This document shows positions 43,378 through 51,934 of a stretch of 64,000 bases of DNA, in pieces. Within the stretch, counting starts at the first letter, position 1, and each line of letters opens with the position of its first letter. The DNA lies in the IMG/VR virus record IMGVR_UViG_3300020205_005279, positions 1 to 64,000 of that record. One strand, given 5' to 3'. The translations under genes were made by a program, and so were the position numbers. Under the pieces are notes generated by a model, which was given only the letters and a program-made list of their open reading frames with translations, searched no databases and was not told the DNA's origin. The stretch is from a virus.

Positions 43378-46300
43378 TCACTGCTCCTCCCAGGTAAGAG
43401 CATTATTAACTTTGAAAGGCGCGGTACCTGGAGTAGCAGAACCTAATGCTTGAACCGAAATATCGTAGTGGCCTTGAATGTTGATAATATCCACCTCGTC
43501 TGTAAGAGGGAATGAAAGGTACTCCTTGTTGTAGGCAAAGTAATCCTGAAGGTCAAATTGGTACCCTCCAGAGTTTGCGTAGTAGGAGAGAATTTCATTG
43601 CCGGTTTCAGCAATCGGCGTAAGTCCAAAGTCCTGGGCTATCTGCACTCCAGAAAGTCTAGTAATATCCTCCCATGCAGCTAAACCGTCTTCTTGTAGTC
43701 TATTCCACTTTGTTTGATCGGTGGAGGCGGATGAGCCAAGAATACCACCACCGGCATTCAAAGTCAACTCAGAGAAGACTCCGGCAGAGTTTATTGTGAG
43801 ATGCCTTTCAGGAATAAATAGACCAACAATATAAATGTCTTCTGGGTAGGAAAAGAACTTTTCAAAAAAGTATCCGGTCGAGGTTCTTGAAAGTTTACCT
43901 AGTACCGGAGTATATGCAGATGGTGATGTACTTCCAACTGTCCAACCCGTAGAAGCTGTGGATTGGGAAGTTGTGCCAAGAAAATATCCGAAGCGATATT
44001 TGCCTATACCGATGTCTGGTGGAGTAGCAAATCCAATTTGTGTTGGAAGAGTGGAATTTTTTGTATTTACGTATTGTTCTGTTGTAGTGATAGGATTTCT
44101 AACAACAGTAGCGCCGCCAGTATAAGCAACTGAAGTGCCAAGAGTGGTATTTGTATTAGTTACAATAAACAGCGGATTTTTAACGGCTCTAAGTGTAAGA
44201 AGTTCTCCAGATGTTCCTCCGGTCACTCCGGCACCAAACTTGATAGGGTAGATTTGCAGACGATTACGAACTGGTTTACCATCTCTGTTGTAGATAAAGT
44301 CCTTGGCGCGAACTGTGAGCAGGGAGCGTTGAGCTCTTGGCACAATTAATCTAACCCCCGTGCCATTTGTGCCAGGGAGCGATGAGTTGGTAAAGTGAAG
44401 AGTAATATTGTTTCCACTTTGCGTTATCCATTTAACCTTGGCCGTAGAATCGGCCGCCAGATACGCCCCCATAAGCCCTACCGCTACCTCACCATCCACA
44501 TCGGGATGGGTAGTGACCGAGTAGGTCAGTTCTGAAGAGGACGTTCTTGTCCAGTTATTAGCGGTAAAATCATAGAAGCCTTTGGGAACTTCGCGGGGGA
44601 AATCGGAAGCCTTGGAGAGCAAGCGAACCGTGCCCTTGTCTCCGCCATCGATGTAGTAGGAAGCACCATACTTGACAAGGGTGTTGCCAATGTCCGTGGA
44701 TTCCAAACCGCTCTCAGCACCTCCGTGAGTGAGATAGGTGATGGGGAGGGTGGCGTTGCCAAGAGAAGCAACTGAGTGTTGGTTTGAAGCGCGGATGTGG
44801 TGGACGCGTACCCATCTGGCCTCGTTGTTGCCAACAGGGACGTAGCAGAGGAAGATTGCACCAACGGCCCCGTACCATGAAAATTCAATCTTCCACATTG
44901 TTACCTTTGTGAAATCGATGTCATAGGCGGAGACTGTGATCAGGTCTTCATTGTCCGCAGTTTTAATTTTTTGGCCGGGGAGGTTGATTACCGATCCACC
45001 TCCAACTGTACTGTCTTCCGCAGAGGTGTTCACGTCACTCCATCGTACCACGGACGTAACACCATTAAGCTTGTCGCCAGAGAACATTGCCCTTACCGGC
45101 CTCCACTCGTACACCATGCGATAAGGCTTGGGAACGCAGAGATTAAACCACTCCTTGAGGGTTACGTTGCCATTGGTGACAGAACGTGCCTTGACGTTTG
45201 CGGGAAGATTAGGAGAGGCGGTATGTTGAGCGTCCGTAATTCTGTACCCAGCCGCCGTGCCTTGAGTATTTACCAAAAGATGCCAAACTTTTTTCTCAGT
45301 ATTTGCTGTGGAAGGAGCCGTGTCCCAGGTATTGGCAACAATCGTAGCATCATATGAGTTAATCGAGCCTCCCGCCATGCCCCACTCCGAGGCTTCTAAA
45401 GAACTCTTAGCCGCCGGAAAAGTATTATATGAAGCTTTACGGTTTAGGTTGGAGATAATTTGGAAAAAATTACAGTGAGCATCCATGCGAATATATCCGC
45501 GCTCCAACGATGTGTTCTCGGGGCTTAGGGATATGGTTTTTGATTGGTCGAAAGGAAACTGAAATTTACGATCGGTCATCACCTCTGACCAAGCACTTCC
45601 ATTATAAGTTGCCAATCTAACCGCGTACCCCGGATCAGGTACATAGTTCTTAAGAGCGCCCGACGGATCCCCTGAACCGTCAATGGCCGCAATGCTCTCA
45701 GGAGAATAAACAAGCGAAGGATCGTAGATTGCAGCGGCCGTGTACACGAGACCGTCTCTGATGATTACCGGGTCGGTTCCAGCAACGCCAAAGTTGGTAG
45801 CGGTATTGAAGGTATTATCGTCGCCATTTTGGAACCAACTTAGCGCACCTGCGTAACCCGGAGGTTCTGAGGCTATGATGGCCTGGGTACGGCGAACACA
45901 GCGAAAATCGTTGCCTTTTCCGGCATTAGCAATTTCAAAATAATAACCGTCAAACTTGTCAAAGATACCCCACTTCTTCAACGATGGGGCCCCTTTCATC
46001 TTGGCTTGTATGGCGGAAGTCTGTTCCTCTGGGTCGCGGGTGATGTTCATCTTCACACCCATGGTGGAGGCCGAAACGCGCCCAGGCTGATAGCGGAAGA
46101 ATCGCTTAGAGGTTAGTACTGTTGTTTTTACATCGGGGGCAACAAGACGGGCACCGGCCTCATCAGGAAGGTGCTCGACCCCGTAGTCAATTCCTTCTCC
46201 GCTAGAGTCGGGGGTGTTTTCTAGCGGAAAGGTGGCCCATTCACTCGGGTTAACGTCGTAGGTGTTAACGTCGGCAAAGATACCAAGTGCAACTTCGGCT

Positions 46301-46467
46301 CTGGGGATGCCAAGTAAACTCAGCGCCACCTCAGACTGAATTTTATTTTGTTCCTCGACGGGGATTGGTGCCTGATCTTCAGCAAACACAACCGGAAGTG
46401 AGTTGGCCGCAGGTTGTTGACCTAGAGGTACCGGGGATGTTTTTCCAACGCTAACTTTTGATGCCAT
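43378..46467 (-). CDS. giant virion structural protein
   Basis: same shared motifs; first gene of the fibre operon. Confidence 0.65.
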   Translation of the reverse strand: MASKVSVGKTSPVPLGQQPAANSLPVVFAEDQAPIPVEEQNKIQSEVALSLLGIPRAEVALGIFADVNTYDVNPSEWATFPLENTPDSSGEGIDYGVEHLPDEAGARLVAPDVKTTVLTSKRFFRYQPGRVSASTMGVKMNITRDPEEQTSAIQAKMKGAPSLKKWGIFDKFDGYYFEIANAGKGNDFRCVRRTQAIIASEPPGYAGALSWFQNGDDNTFNTATNFGVAGTDPVIIRDGLVYTAAAIYDPSLVYSPESIAAIDGSGDPSGALKNYVPDPGYAVRLATYNGSAWSEVMTDRKFQFPFDQSKTISLSPENTSLERGYIRMDAHCNFFQIISNLNRKASYNTFPAAKSSLEASEWGMAGGSINSYDATIVANTWDTAPSTANTEKKVWHLLVNTQGTAAGYRITDAQHTASPNLPANVKARSVTNGNVTLKEWFNLCVPKPYRMVYEWRPVRAMFSGDKLNGVTSVVRWSDVNTSAEDSTVGGGSVINLPGQKIKTADNEDLITVSAYDIDFTKVTMWKIEFSWYGAVGAIFLCYVPVGNNEARWVRVHHIRASNQHSVASLGNATLPITYLTHGGAESGLESTDIGNTLVKYGASYYIDGGDKGTVRLLSKASDFPREVPKGFYDFTANNWTRTSSSELTYSVTTHPDVDGEVAVGLMGAYLAADSTAKVKWITQSGNNITLHFTNSSLPGTNGTGVRLIVPRAQRSLLTVRAKDFIYNRDGKPVRNRLQIYPIKFGAGVTGGTSGELLTLRAVKNPLFIVTNTNTTLGTSVAYTGGATVVRNPITTTEQYVNTKNSTLPTQIGFATPPDIGIGKYRFGYFLGTTSQSTASTGWTVGSTSPSAYTPVLGKLSRTSTGYFFEKFFSYPEDIYIVGLFIPERHLTINSAGVFSELTLNAGGGILGSSASTDQTKWNRLQEDGLAAWEDITRLSGVQIAQDFGLTPIAETGNEILSYYANSGGYQFDLQDYFAYNKEYLSFPLTDEVDIINIQGHYDISVQALGSATPGTAPFKVNNALTWEEQ

Positions 46468-46493
46468 TGTAAACGCATGCTCTATATGTATTT

Positions 46494-46502
46494 ACTTTAA
46501 AC
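46494..46502 (-). promoter_or_regulatory. putative late promoter GTTTAAAGT
   Basis: 26 nt upstream of ATG 46467. Confidence 0.6.
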
Positions 46503-46567
46503 AACTTAGAGACACTGCAGTAAAAAAGAGCGATTTAAAACTCTTTAAGCCAAATTAAAGTACTATT

Positions 46568-48907
46568 TTATTCGGAAACGTAAATGTTACCGTCGGCAAT
46601 AAAGTAGTTATTTTTAACAAGTCCGAGATAACCCGTAGGAGTTGAATATATGTCAGAACTTGAGGTAAATCTGGCCGCCACCGTAGAAGGTGTTGCAATT
46701 ACAATTGCTGAATTACTAGTGTCCACGTCTAGGATTGTTAAAGTCGTGGCATCTGGCCAAGCAAAAAGCTCGGCTCCAGTAACGCCAATCCCACTTGTCT
46801 TAATTGAGTCGTTGGAAGGGTTACCACCAGCAAAGAACAACAATGATAGAATGTCCGATGAGTTACGGAAGTAAACTTTAACTGTAGAAGCCGAGGCATA
46901 TGCAACACGTTCAACCGCGTATCTACCAAGAGTTACAGTAGAAGTGATTCTATAACCGTAACCGTAATTAGCACTACCAGATCCGTCGGGGTTGAGCAAA
47001 CTATAACTATCTGTTCCTCCAATCGCCCGTCCTTGATTAGATCCACCAACGCCAGTAACAGAGGTTACTGGAGCGGTGACTGCAAAAATTCCCGCCTCAA
47101 GTTGCGGGCGATTTTCCACTATCTGAAGGTACGTGGGGACGGGACCAGTATTATACTGATACGAGGAATTAAGAGGATACACTCTGGCAACTACGGAACC
47201 CGGCGAGATAGCTACTGGGAACCCACCGTCGGTAACGGTAAAGTAGATAGGAGTCATAGCCACTCCACGCTTTACATCCATACTGACCCTGCTGTATTCG
47301 TTCTGATATAAATCTATGCTACGAATAATCGATCCCGACTCGTTAAAGGTTAAATTGCCTTGAGCGTTCCATGTGTCGGAAGCATTGAGTTGAATCCCAG
47401 TTTCACCACAATTATCGATAATATTGTTATTAACGAGAGAGGCATCAATGCCAGTAAATTGTACAACACCGGAGCAGTTTTGGAAAAGATTGCCTTGGGC
47501 AATAATTCGGCTTGACTCACGAATTTTAAGTGGCGAGATGTTAAGCTCGTAGGGCTTGGAAAGTTCAAATACTCTGTTGTTTGTAAAATTAATCTTGTCA
47601 GAGTCAAGGGCGTAAAGCGCCGCACCCGCACCATTATAGAAAGAACACTCTGTAATACGAATGCCATCAACATATTCTAGGGCAAGAGAGTCGTTATATT
47701 TATCCCCTACTCCATACACGTCGTTTTCTGGAAGGTTGATAGGAAAAGTTTCAGTTTTATTTCCGTCAAATGCCAGGTTGCGTATTGTGACCCCCTCGAT
47801 TCGATTTGTTACTCCCGAACCCAGCATGCCGATAAAGCCAAATTCTCCTTCGGGATTTGTGTGAGTAGGCATACGCTTGAGCACCGAAGAATCCCCGGCG
47901 CCTCTAATCACCATGTTACTGTACTGACTGGCGGGAATTGCTGAACTGTAAAGTGCTAAGTTACGCACTGAATAGGTACCAGTAGGTACAAATACGTCCT
48001 TGACTTGGTTACTTGCGGCAAAATTCAGAGCTTCTTGAAAAGGTTTAGTATCATCAAACCGAAACTTAACCCTAATCGAGGTGCTATTTAGATCGATAAA
48101 AGTTCCTGTGTTTGATTCGGCATCAGAGCACTCTAAAATGCCAGAAATGCCTCTACTTATGATCTTAAGTCGCCTCTTAATAATAATTGTTTTTGCGGAA
48201 ATAACACCGGAGGATGTAGAAATAATACCGTTTAATAGTTCTGGACCGAATGTCCCGCCATTAATCCGAGCCTCATCCCACGATGGGATTTGGGTCGATC
48301 CTCGGTCATTGAAGGTAATTGTTGTGTTACCACCAAAGATATTATTGCTGGGTATTCCCAAAAACTTAATCGAGTTGGTTCCCCATTGTCTATAGATTAC
48401 CGGGACCCACTCTGGAGTCGCTCTATTTAAAGTGAATCGGACGTAGTTCTCTTCATCAAACTGTGTTTGTGGATCACGATAAACGTCCGGAAGAGTGAAC
48501 GTTTTAACGTATGGAGAAAACTTGCCGGTAACCACATTAAAAGCGTAAACGTAGTACCTTAAAACTTTGCTTGTAGATGCACCGGCCTGGACAACAGTAC
48601 CTACTCCTTCAGGAGCTCCAATGCCGGTAAAAATGCCGTCATAATCTCCTATAGGTGGAACAGACGTATCTAGATAGAAAAACGCATAGAGTTCTTGTCC
48701 TACCTTAAAGTAATCTGTTTCAAACTGTGAGTAGTTTGGAATGTCCCCAACGCTAATAACCCCACCATTACCATTGAGGCCACGTACCCGTCCCTCAAAA
48801 TACCCGTCCAGTCCTGCTGCTCCAAAAGACTTAACATTAACGTAAGAGTTTCTATCAGTGTCAATTTGAACTAATGTAGATGTTTGTGTGCGACCAATGT
48901 ATCTCAT
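46568..48907 (-). CDS. right-handed beta-helix (pectate lyase-like) tailspike/depolymerase
   Basis: 'VNVKSFGAAG', 'DDTKPFQEAL..VFVPTGTY', 'IRGAGDSSVL', 'TIRNLAFDGN' and Asn-ladder repeats. Confidence 0.75.
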   Translation of the reverse strand: MRYIGRTQTSTLVQIDTDRNSYVNVKSFGAAGLDGYFEGRVRGLNGNGGVISVGDIPNYSQFETDYFKVGQELYAFFYLDTSVPPIGDYDGIFTGIGAPEGVGTVVQAGASTSKVLRYYVYAFNVVTGKFSPYVKTFTLPDVYRDPQTQFDEENYVRFTLNRATPEWVPVIYRQWGTNSIKFLGIPSNNIFGGNTTITFNDRGSTQIPSWDEARINGGTFGPELLNGIISTSSGVISAKTIIIKRRLKIISRGISGILECSDAESNTGTFIDLNSTSIRVKFRFDDTKPFQEALNFAASNQVKDVFVPTGTYSVRNLALYSSAIPASQYSNMVIRGAGDSSVLKRMPTHTNPEGEFGFIGMLGSGVTNRIEGVTIRNLAFDGNKTETFPINLPENDVYGVGDKYNDSLALEYVDGIRITECSFYNGAGAALYALDSDKINFTNNRVFELSKPYELNISPLKIRESSRIIAQGNLFQNCSGVVQFTGIDASLVNNNIIDNCGETGIQLNASDTWNAQGNLTFNESGSIIRSIDLYQNEYSRVSMDVKRGVAMTPIYFTVTDGGFPVAISPGSVVARVYPLNSSYQYNTGPVPTYLQIVENRPQLEAGIFAVTAPVTSVTGVGGSNQGRAIGGTDSYSLLNPDGSGSANYGYGYRITSTVTLGRYAVERVAYASASTVKVYFRNSSDILSLLFFAGGNPSNDSIKTSGIGVTGAELFAWPDATTLTILDVDTSNSAIVIATPSTVAARFTSSSDIYSTPTGYLGLVKNNYFIADGNIYVSE

Positions 48908-48919
48908 GTTGTTTTATTC

Positions 48920-49291
48920 TCAACTAACGGGAGTGTAGATAACGTACGAAATTACCATATCAACGGTATTAGCGCCGCCGGAATCAACCCAAGCCTTTAG
49001 AGAATCTCCACGCTGAAGCACAAACTTATTACCATCCACAACCTCAAAGGAGGTTTGCGAGGGCACTGCCACATCATAGAGAAGGTGGGCAGCAGACGCG
49101 GAACCAGACTTTTGCAAAGTAAGGTTAAGCCCGCGGGTTGTTTGCGACTTATTGGCCGCCACGATTGAAAGAATCATTGCGTATCCATTAGTCGGAATAA
49201 GAGAAGTGTCAAATACAGCAGTTGAAGAACCAGCATTAGCTGAGACATTCGTGTAAGTAGACGAGTAAAAATTATTTACTGGAAAGGTCAT
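48920..49291 (-). CDS. small virion structural protein
   Basis: beta-sandwich-like 'ILSIVAAN..KFVLQRGDSLKA' type common in cyanophage fibre clusters. Confidence 0.55.
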   Translation of the reverse strand: MTFPVNNFYSSTYTNVSANAGSSTAVFDTSLIPTNGYAMILSIVAANKSQTTRGLNLTLQKSGSASAAHLLYDVAVPSQTSFEVVDGNKFVLQRGDSLKAWVDSGGANTVDMVISYVIYTPVS

Positions 49292-49293
49292 GA

Positions 49294-49584
49294 TCAGCCG
49301 AGGATTAGGGAGGCGGTCTGGAAGTAGGTGATGCCCTCAAGAATCTCCTGCTTGCGAATGAGGGATTGAGGGGTTTGCGGAATTGCTGTGGATTCTACAG
49401 CGGATCTGGAGACGTAGAGAGGGGCGGAGTTTCCCAGGCCGTCCTGGAGTTGTCCCTGTGTTCTGCGAGCAGTTGTGCTTAGATCGTAGGGAATTCCATC
49501 CGTATCTGGTTGGGTATCGATGTTTGAGAGCAAAACGTTTGCGAACGTTTTTGAGATCTCGAAGTCTTTGATATTCGAGGCCAT
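49294..49584 (-). CDS. small hypothetical virion protein
   Basis: 96-aa ORF leading the spike operon; 'LQDGLGNSAPL' motif shared with 60271. Confidence 0.55.
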   Translation of the reverse strand: MASNIKDFEISKTFANVLLSNIDTQPDTDGIPYDLSTTARRTQGQLQDGLGNSAPLYVSRSAVESTAIPQTPQSLIRKQEILEGITYFQTASLILG

Positions 49585-49627
49585 GAGGCGATAAACTCCG
49601 GTGTTTCAGTTTATAGAACTATGTTGG

Positions 49628-49636
49628 TCTTTAAAC
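49628..49636 (-). promoter_or_regulatory. putative late promoter GTTTAAAGA
   Basis: 43 nt upstream of ATG 49584. Confidence 0.5.
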
Positions 49637-49655
49637 AATTTTACAAGAAAAGAAA

Positions 49656-49895
49656 ATGATGACTAAGTCCGAACTTGCACAGCTTATTGATGCTTACGCC
49701 GACTCCAAAGCTTCTGGTAATAAGTACCTTGTGGCTAAAATGATTGAGGAACTAGAGATGGCACTCACAGAGGTCTGTGATGGTGGAGATATGCCACCCG
49801 CAGAGATTCCTCAACCGCCTCATAACCTTCCGCCACTAACCCCGCCCTCCTTCCCGGTCCCTGCCCTGGCCGAATTGGCCGAAGTAGGCGCCTAG
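49656..49895 (+). CDS. hypothetical protein
   Basis: 79 aa, helical N-half with a Pro-rich tail; fills the gap between genes. Confidence 0.6.
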   Translation: MMTKSELAQLIDAYADSKASGNKYLVAKMIEELEMALTEVCDGGDMPPAEIPQPPHNLPPLTPPSFPVPALAELAEVGA

Positions 49896-49913
49896 TATAA
49901 TAATACAACTTAT

Positions 49914-50258
49914 ATGAAAATCACAAGGCTACGGGGGGGCAACGCCCAATTTCCTGAAGAAAAGGAAATAGGCGACGTTGTAATGCTCGCTCTAGGGGAT
50001 ATTTTTTGCTGGGATGGGGGCATCTGGCATCTCGTTGGAGGGAGGTTTTTACCTCGTGCAATGAGAGAAATATTCTTAGAATATGTGAGCACGGGGTGGC
50101 CAGACGAGGCCAGCGCTAAATTCGATTTGGCCTCGCTCCTCGACCTAAGCGTTTTTGTAGATTATGGGGCCGATGACTTGGTGCCAGGAGACCCAAAAAT
50201 GGTACAAAAGTTTATTGAAAGAGTGGTTCAGGTCGCAGAAAAATGCGATAAGCAATAA
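49914..50258 (+). CDS. hypothetical protein
   Basis: 114-aa ORF followed by a terminator. Confidence 0.6.
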   Translation: MKITRLRGGNAQFPEEKEIGDVVMLALGDIFCWDGGIWHLVGGRFLPRAMREIFLEYVSTGWPDEASAKFDLASLLDLSVFVDYGADDLVPGDPKMVQKFIERVVQVAEKCDKQ

Positions 50259-50301
50259 AAAAGCGGGTGGGGGCTTGTGTACCTTTCCCGCTAGTTTTTT
50301 T
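50257..50301. terminator. probable bidirectional terminator between convergent genes
   Basis: AAAAAAGCGGG...CCCGCTAGTTTTTTT hairpin flanked by A and T tracts. Confidence 0.6.
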
Positions 50302-50305
50302 CTTC

Positions 50306-51424
50306 TTAAACATTTTGGTCAGGGAGGGTATTATTCAAATTATCGATTTCTTCAGAACTAAGTACCTTCCTAGGAATTTCTTGTACCAACTCATCAAGGG
50401 TTCTTACTGGCGGTGAAAGTTTATAAGGAATAGGTTTTTCTACATAGTGCCCCTTAGAACCTATGGGGATAACGTCGTATCCTAACACGGGATCTTTAGT
50501 ACGTTGATATTCTAAACATTTATTTTGACCTGTAGAAACACAATAAAATTTTTGCCAATAAGACGCTTGAGGTTGAAATTTTTGATATATTTCTAGGTTT
50601 TCTTCACTAGCTGAGAGATCTTGAGTAACTATATAGAGGCATAAGGTATCTTCACAAGGACCATATGTTACAAACATATCTCCTTCCTTGTAAAAAAACT
50701 CTCTTCTAAGCCTTGCCTCATCCCACTCGTCACTGGACCCTGACTTAGAGCAATTTTCAAATTCTGTGGATGGATTTTGAAGATATTGATTTAGTTCAGA
50801 TAAAGTCAAGCCGGGTGGAAGACATCCCACCAACGTGGTTTCTTTTAACGGAGTTTGCCACTGTTCTGTATATTGTTCCCATTTACGATCAAAAAGTCTA
50901 AGTTCATAAAAATCAAACCTTTCTATTAATTCCTGTAAGGATGGAATACCGGCAGGTATAGTTGTGTCAATATGACAAATTTTATCCCACTTGGTATAAT
51001 CAAAAGCCCAACTCATTGCCAAGATATTTTGGTTTGCCTCATAAAGACTAATACGAAACCCGTCCTCTTCGACGTACAGAACTCTTGTTCCCTCGGGATA
51101 AGCGACTATTGCCCTATAACTGGATACTCTCCACTTATCATTTGTTTGAGATGTTAATAAATTCGGGGTGAGATTTCCGATCTCCCAAGGAAATTCTATA
51201 TCTCCCCATGATTTGTATAAACCCTTTTGAGGGTTGTATATTGGATAGGTATCAAAAAGCTCCTCAATGCTAATCCCGCATGTATTTATGTCTTCTCTTG
51301 AGCAACTTTTATCTACTACACTGCCACTATCCTCATCATCACCCAGTACAGACCTTAATGCCTCTTTTTGAAGTGTAGAGGGCTGTTCAAAACAACGTCT
51401 AAAATAGAGGTTGGAGAGGCTCAT
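50306..51424 (-). CDS. hypothetical Cys-rich protein with two CBM5/12-like repeats
   Basis: 'YPEGTRVLY..LYEA..TKW' and 'YKEGDMFV..LYIV..SYW'. Confidence 0.5.
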   Translation of the reverse strand: MSLSNLYFRRCFEQPSTLQKEALRSVLGDDEDSGSVVDKSCSREDINTCGISIEELFDTYPIYNPQKGLYKSWGDIEFPWEIGNLTPNLLTSQTNDKWRVSSYRAIVAYPEGTRVLYVEEDGFRISLYEANQNILAMSWAFDYTKWDKICHIDTTIPAGIPSLQELIERFDFYELRLFDRKWEQYTEQWQTPLKETTLVGCLPPGLTLSELNQYLQNPSTEFENCSKSGSSDEWDEARLRREFFYKEGDMFVTYGPCEDTLCLYIVTQDLSASEENLEIYQKFQPQASYWQKFYCVSTGQNKCLEYQRTKDPVLGYDVIPIGSKGHYVEKPIPYKLSPPVRTLDELVQEIPRKVLSSEEIDNLNNTLPDQNV

Positions 51425-51448
51425 ACTTCAACCCCCAAAAAGGGACTA

Positions 51449-51877
51449 TTAGTTATAGGTAAAAGTATCCAGCACGAACGTAAGTTCAATGGTGGAAGGA
51501 TTGGCAGAAGTACGATCAGCTTGACCAAAGTTTAGACTGGTTACCTGAGCATCAGGAATTGTGATTGTACGTTGGCCAAGGGGCTGTGGATCTTCACCAC
51601 AAGTCACTGGAGTCACAGTCACGGTAACAAATTCGCATCCATATGCCTTCCAAAAGTCAACGATGTCGGCGTGCTTAACGGGATCAAATGGCGTGGAAAT
51701 AGTAACCTCAGAGAGGGTCCGTGGGCCCTTTAGGTTGAAAATACGACCGCGGACTCCGTCAGCGTATTGGGAAGTACCTGCGGTATCACGAATACCACTG
51801 AAGTTTGTGAAGTAGTGGGAAAAAGGCGAGGCCTGAATCCAAAACTGACTTTGAGCGGAGATTTTATAGTTGAGCAT
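51449..51877 (-). CDS. tail tube protein (gp19-like fold)
   Basis: 142 aa; 'FTNFSGI..QYADG..LKGPRTLSEVTIS..FW..IELTF'. Confidence 0.7.
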   Translation of the reverse strand: MLNYKISAQSQFWIQASPFSHYFTNFSGIRDTAGTSQYADGVRGRIFNLKGPRTLSEVTISTPFDPVKHADIVDFWKAYGCEFVTVTVTPVTCGEDPQPLGQRTITIPDAQVTSLNFGQADRTSANPSTIELTFVLDTFTYN

Positions 51878-51909
51878 GGCGGGACGGCTTATGCGTTATA
51901 TCTAATTAG

Positions 51910-51918
51910 TATTTAAAC
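51910..51918 (-). promoter_or_regulatory. putative late promoter variant GTTTAAATA
   Basis: 32 nt upstream of the tube ATG. Confidence 0.5.
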
Positions 51919-51934
51919 AAAGCGCCTATCGCCA

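Noticed and set aside
46522-46546. Terminator after the tailspike gene
   Set aside because: AT-rich 6-bp stem with a large loop; too weak to call
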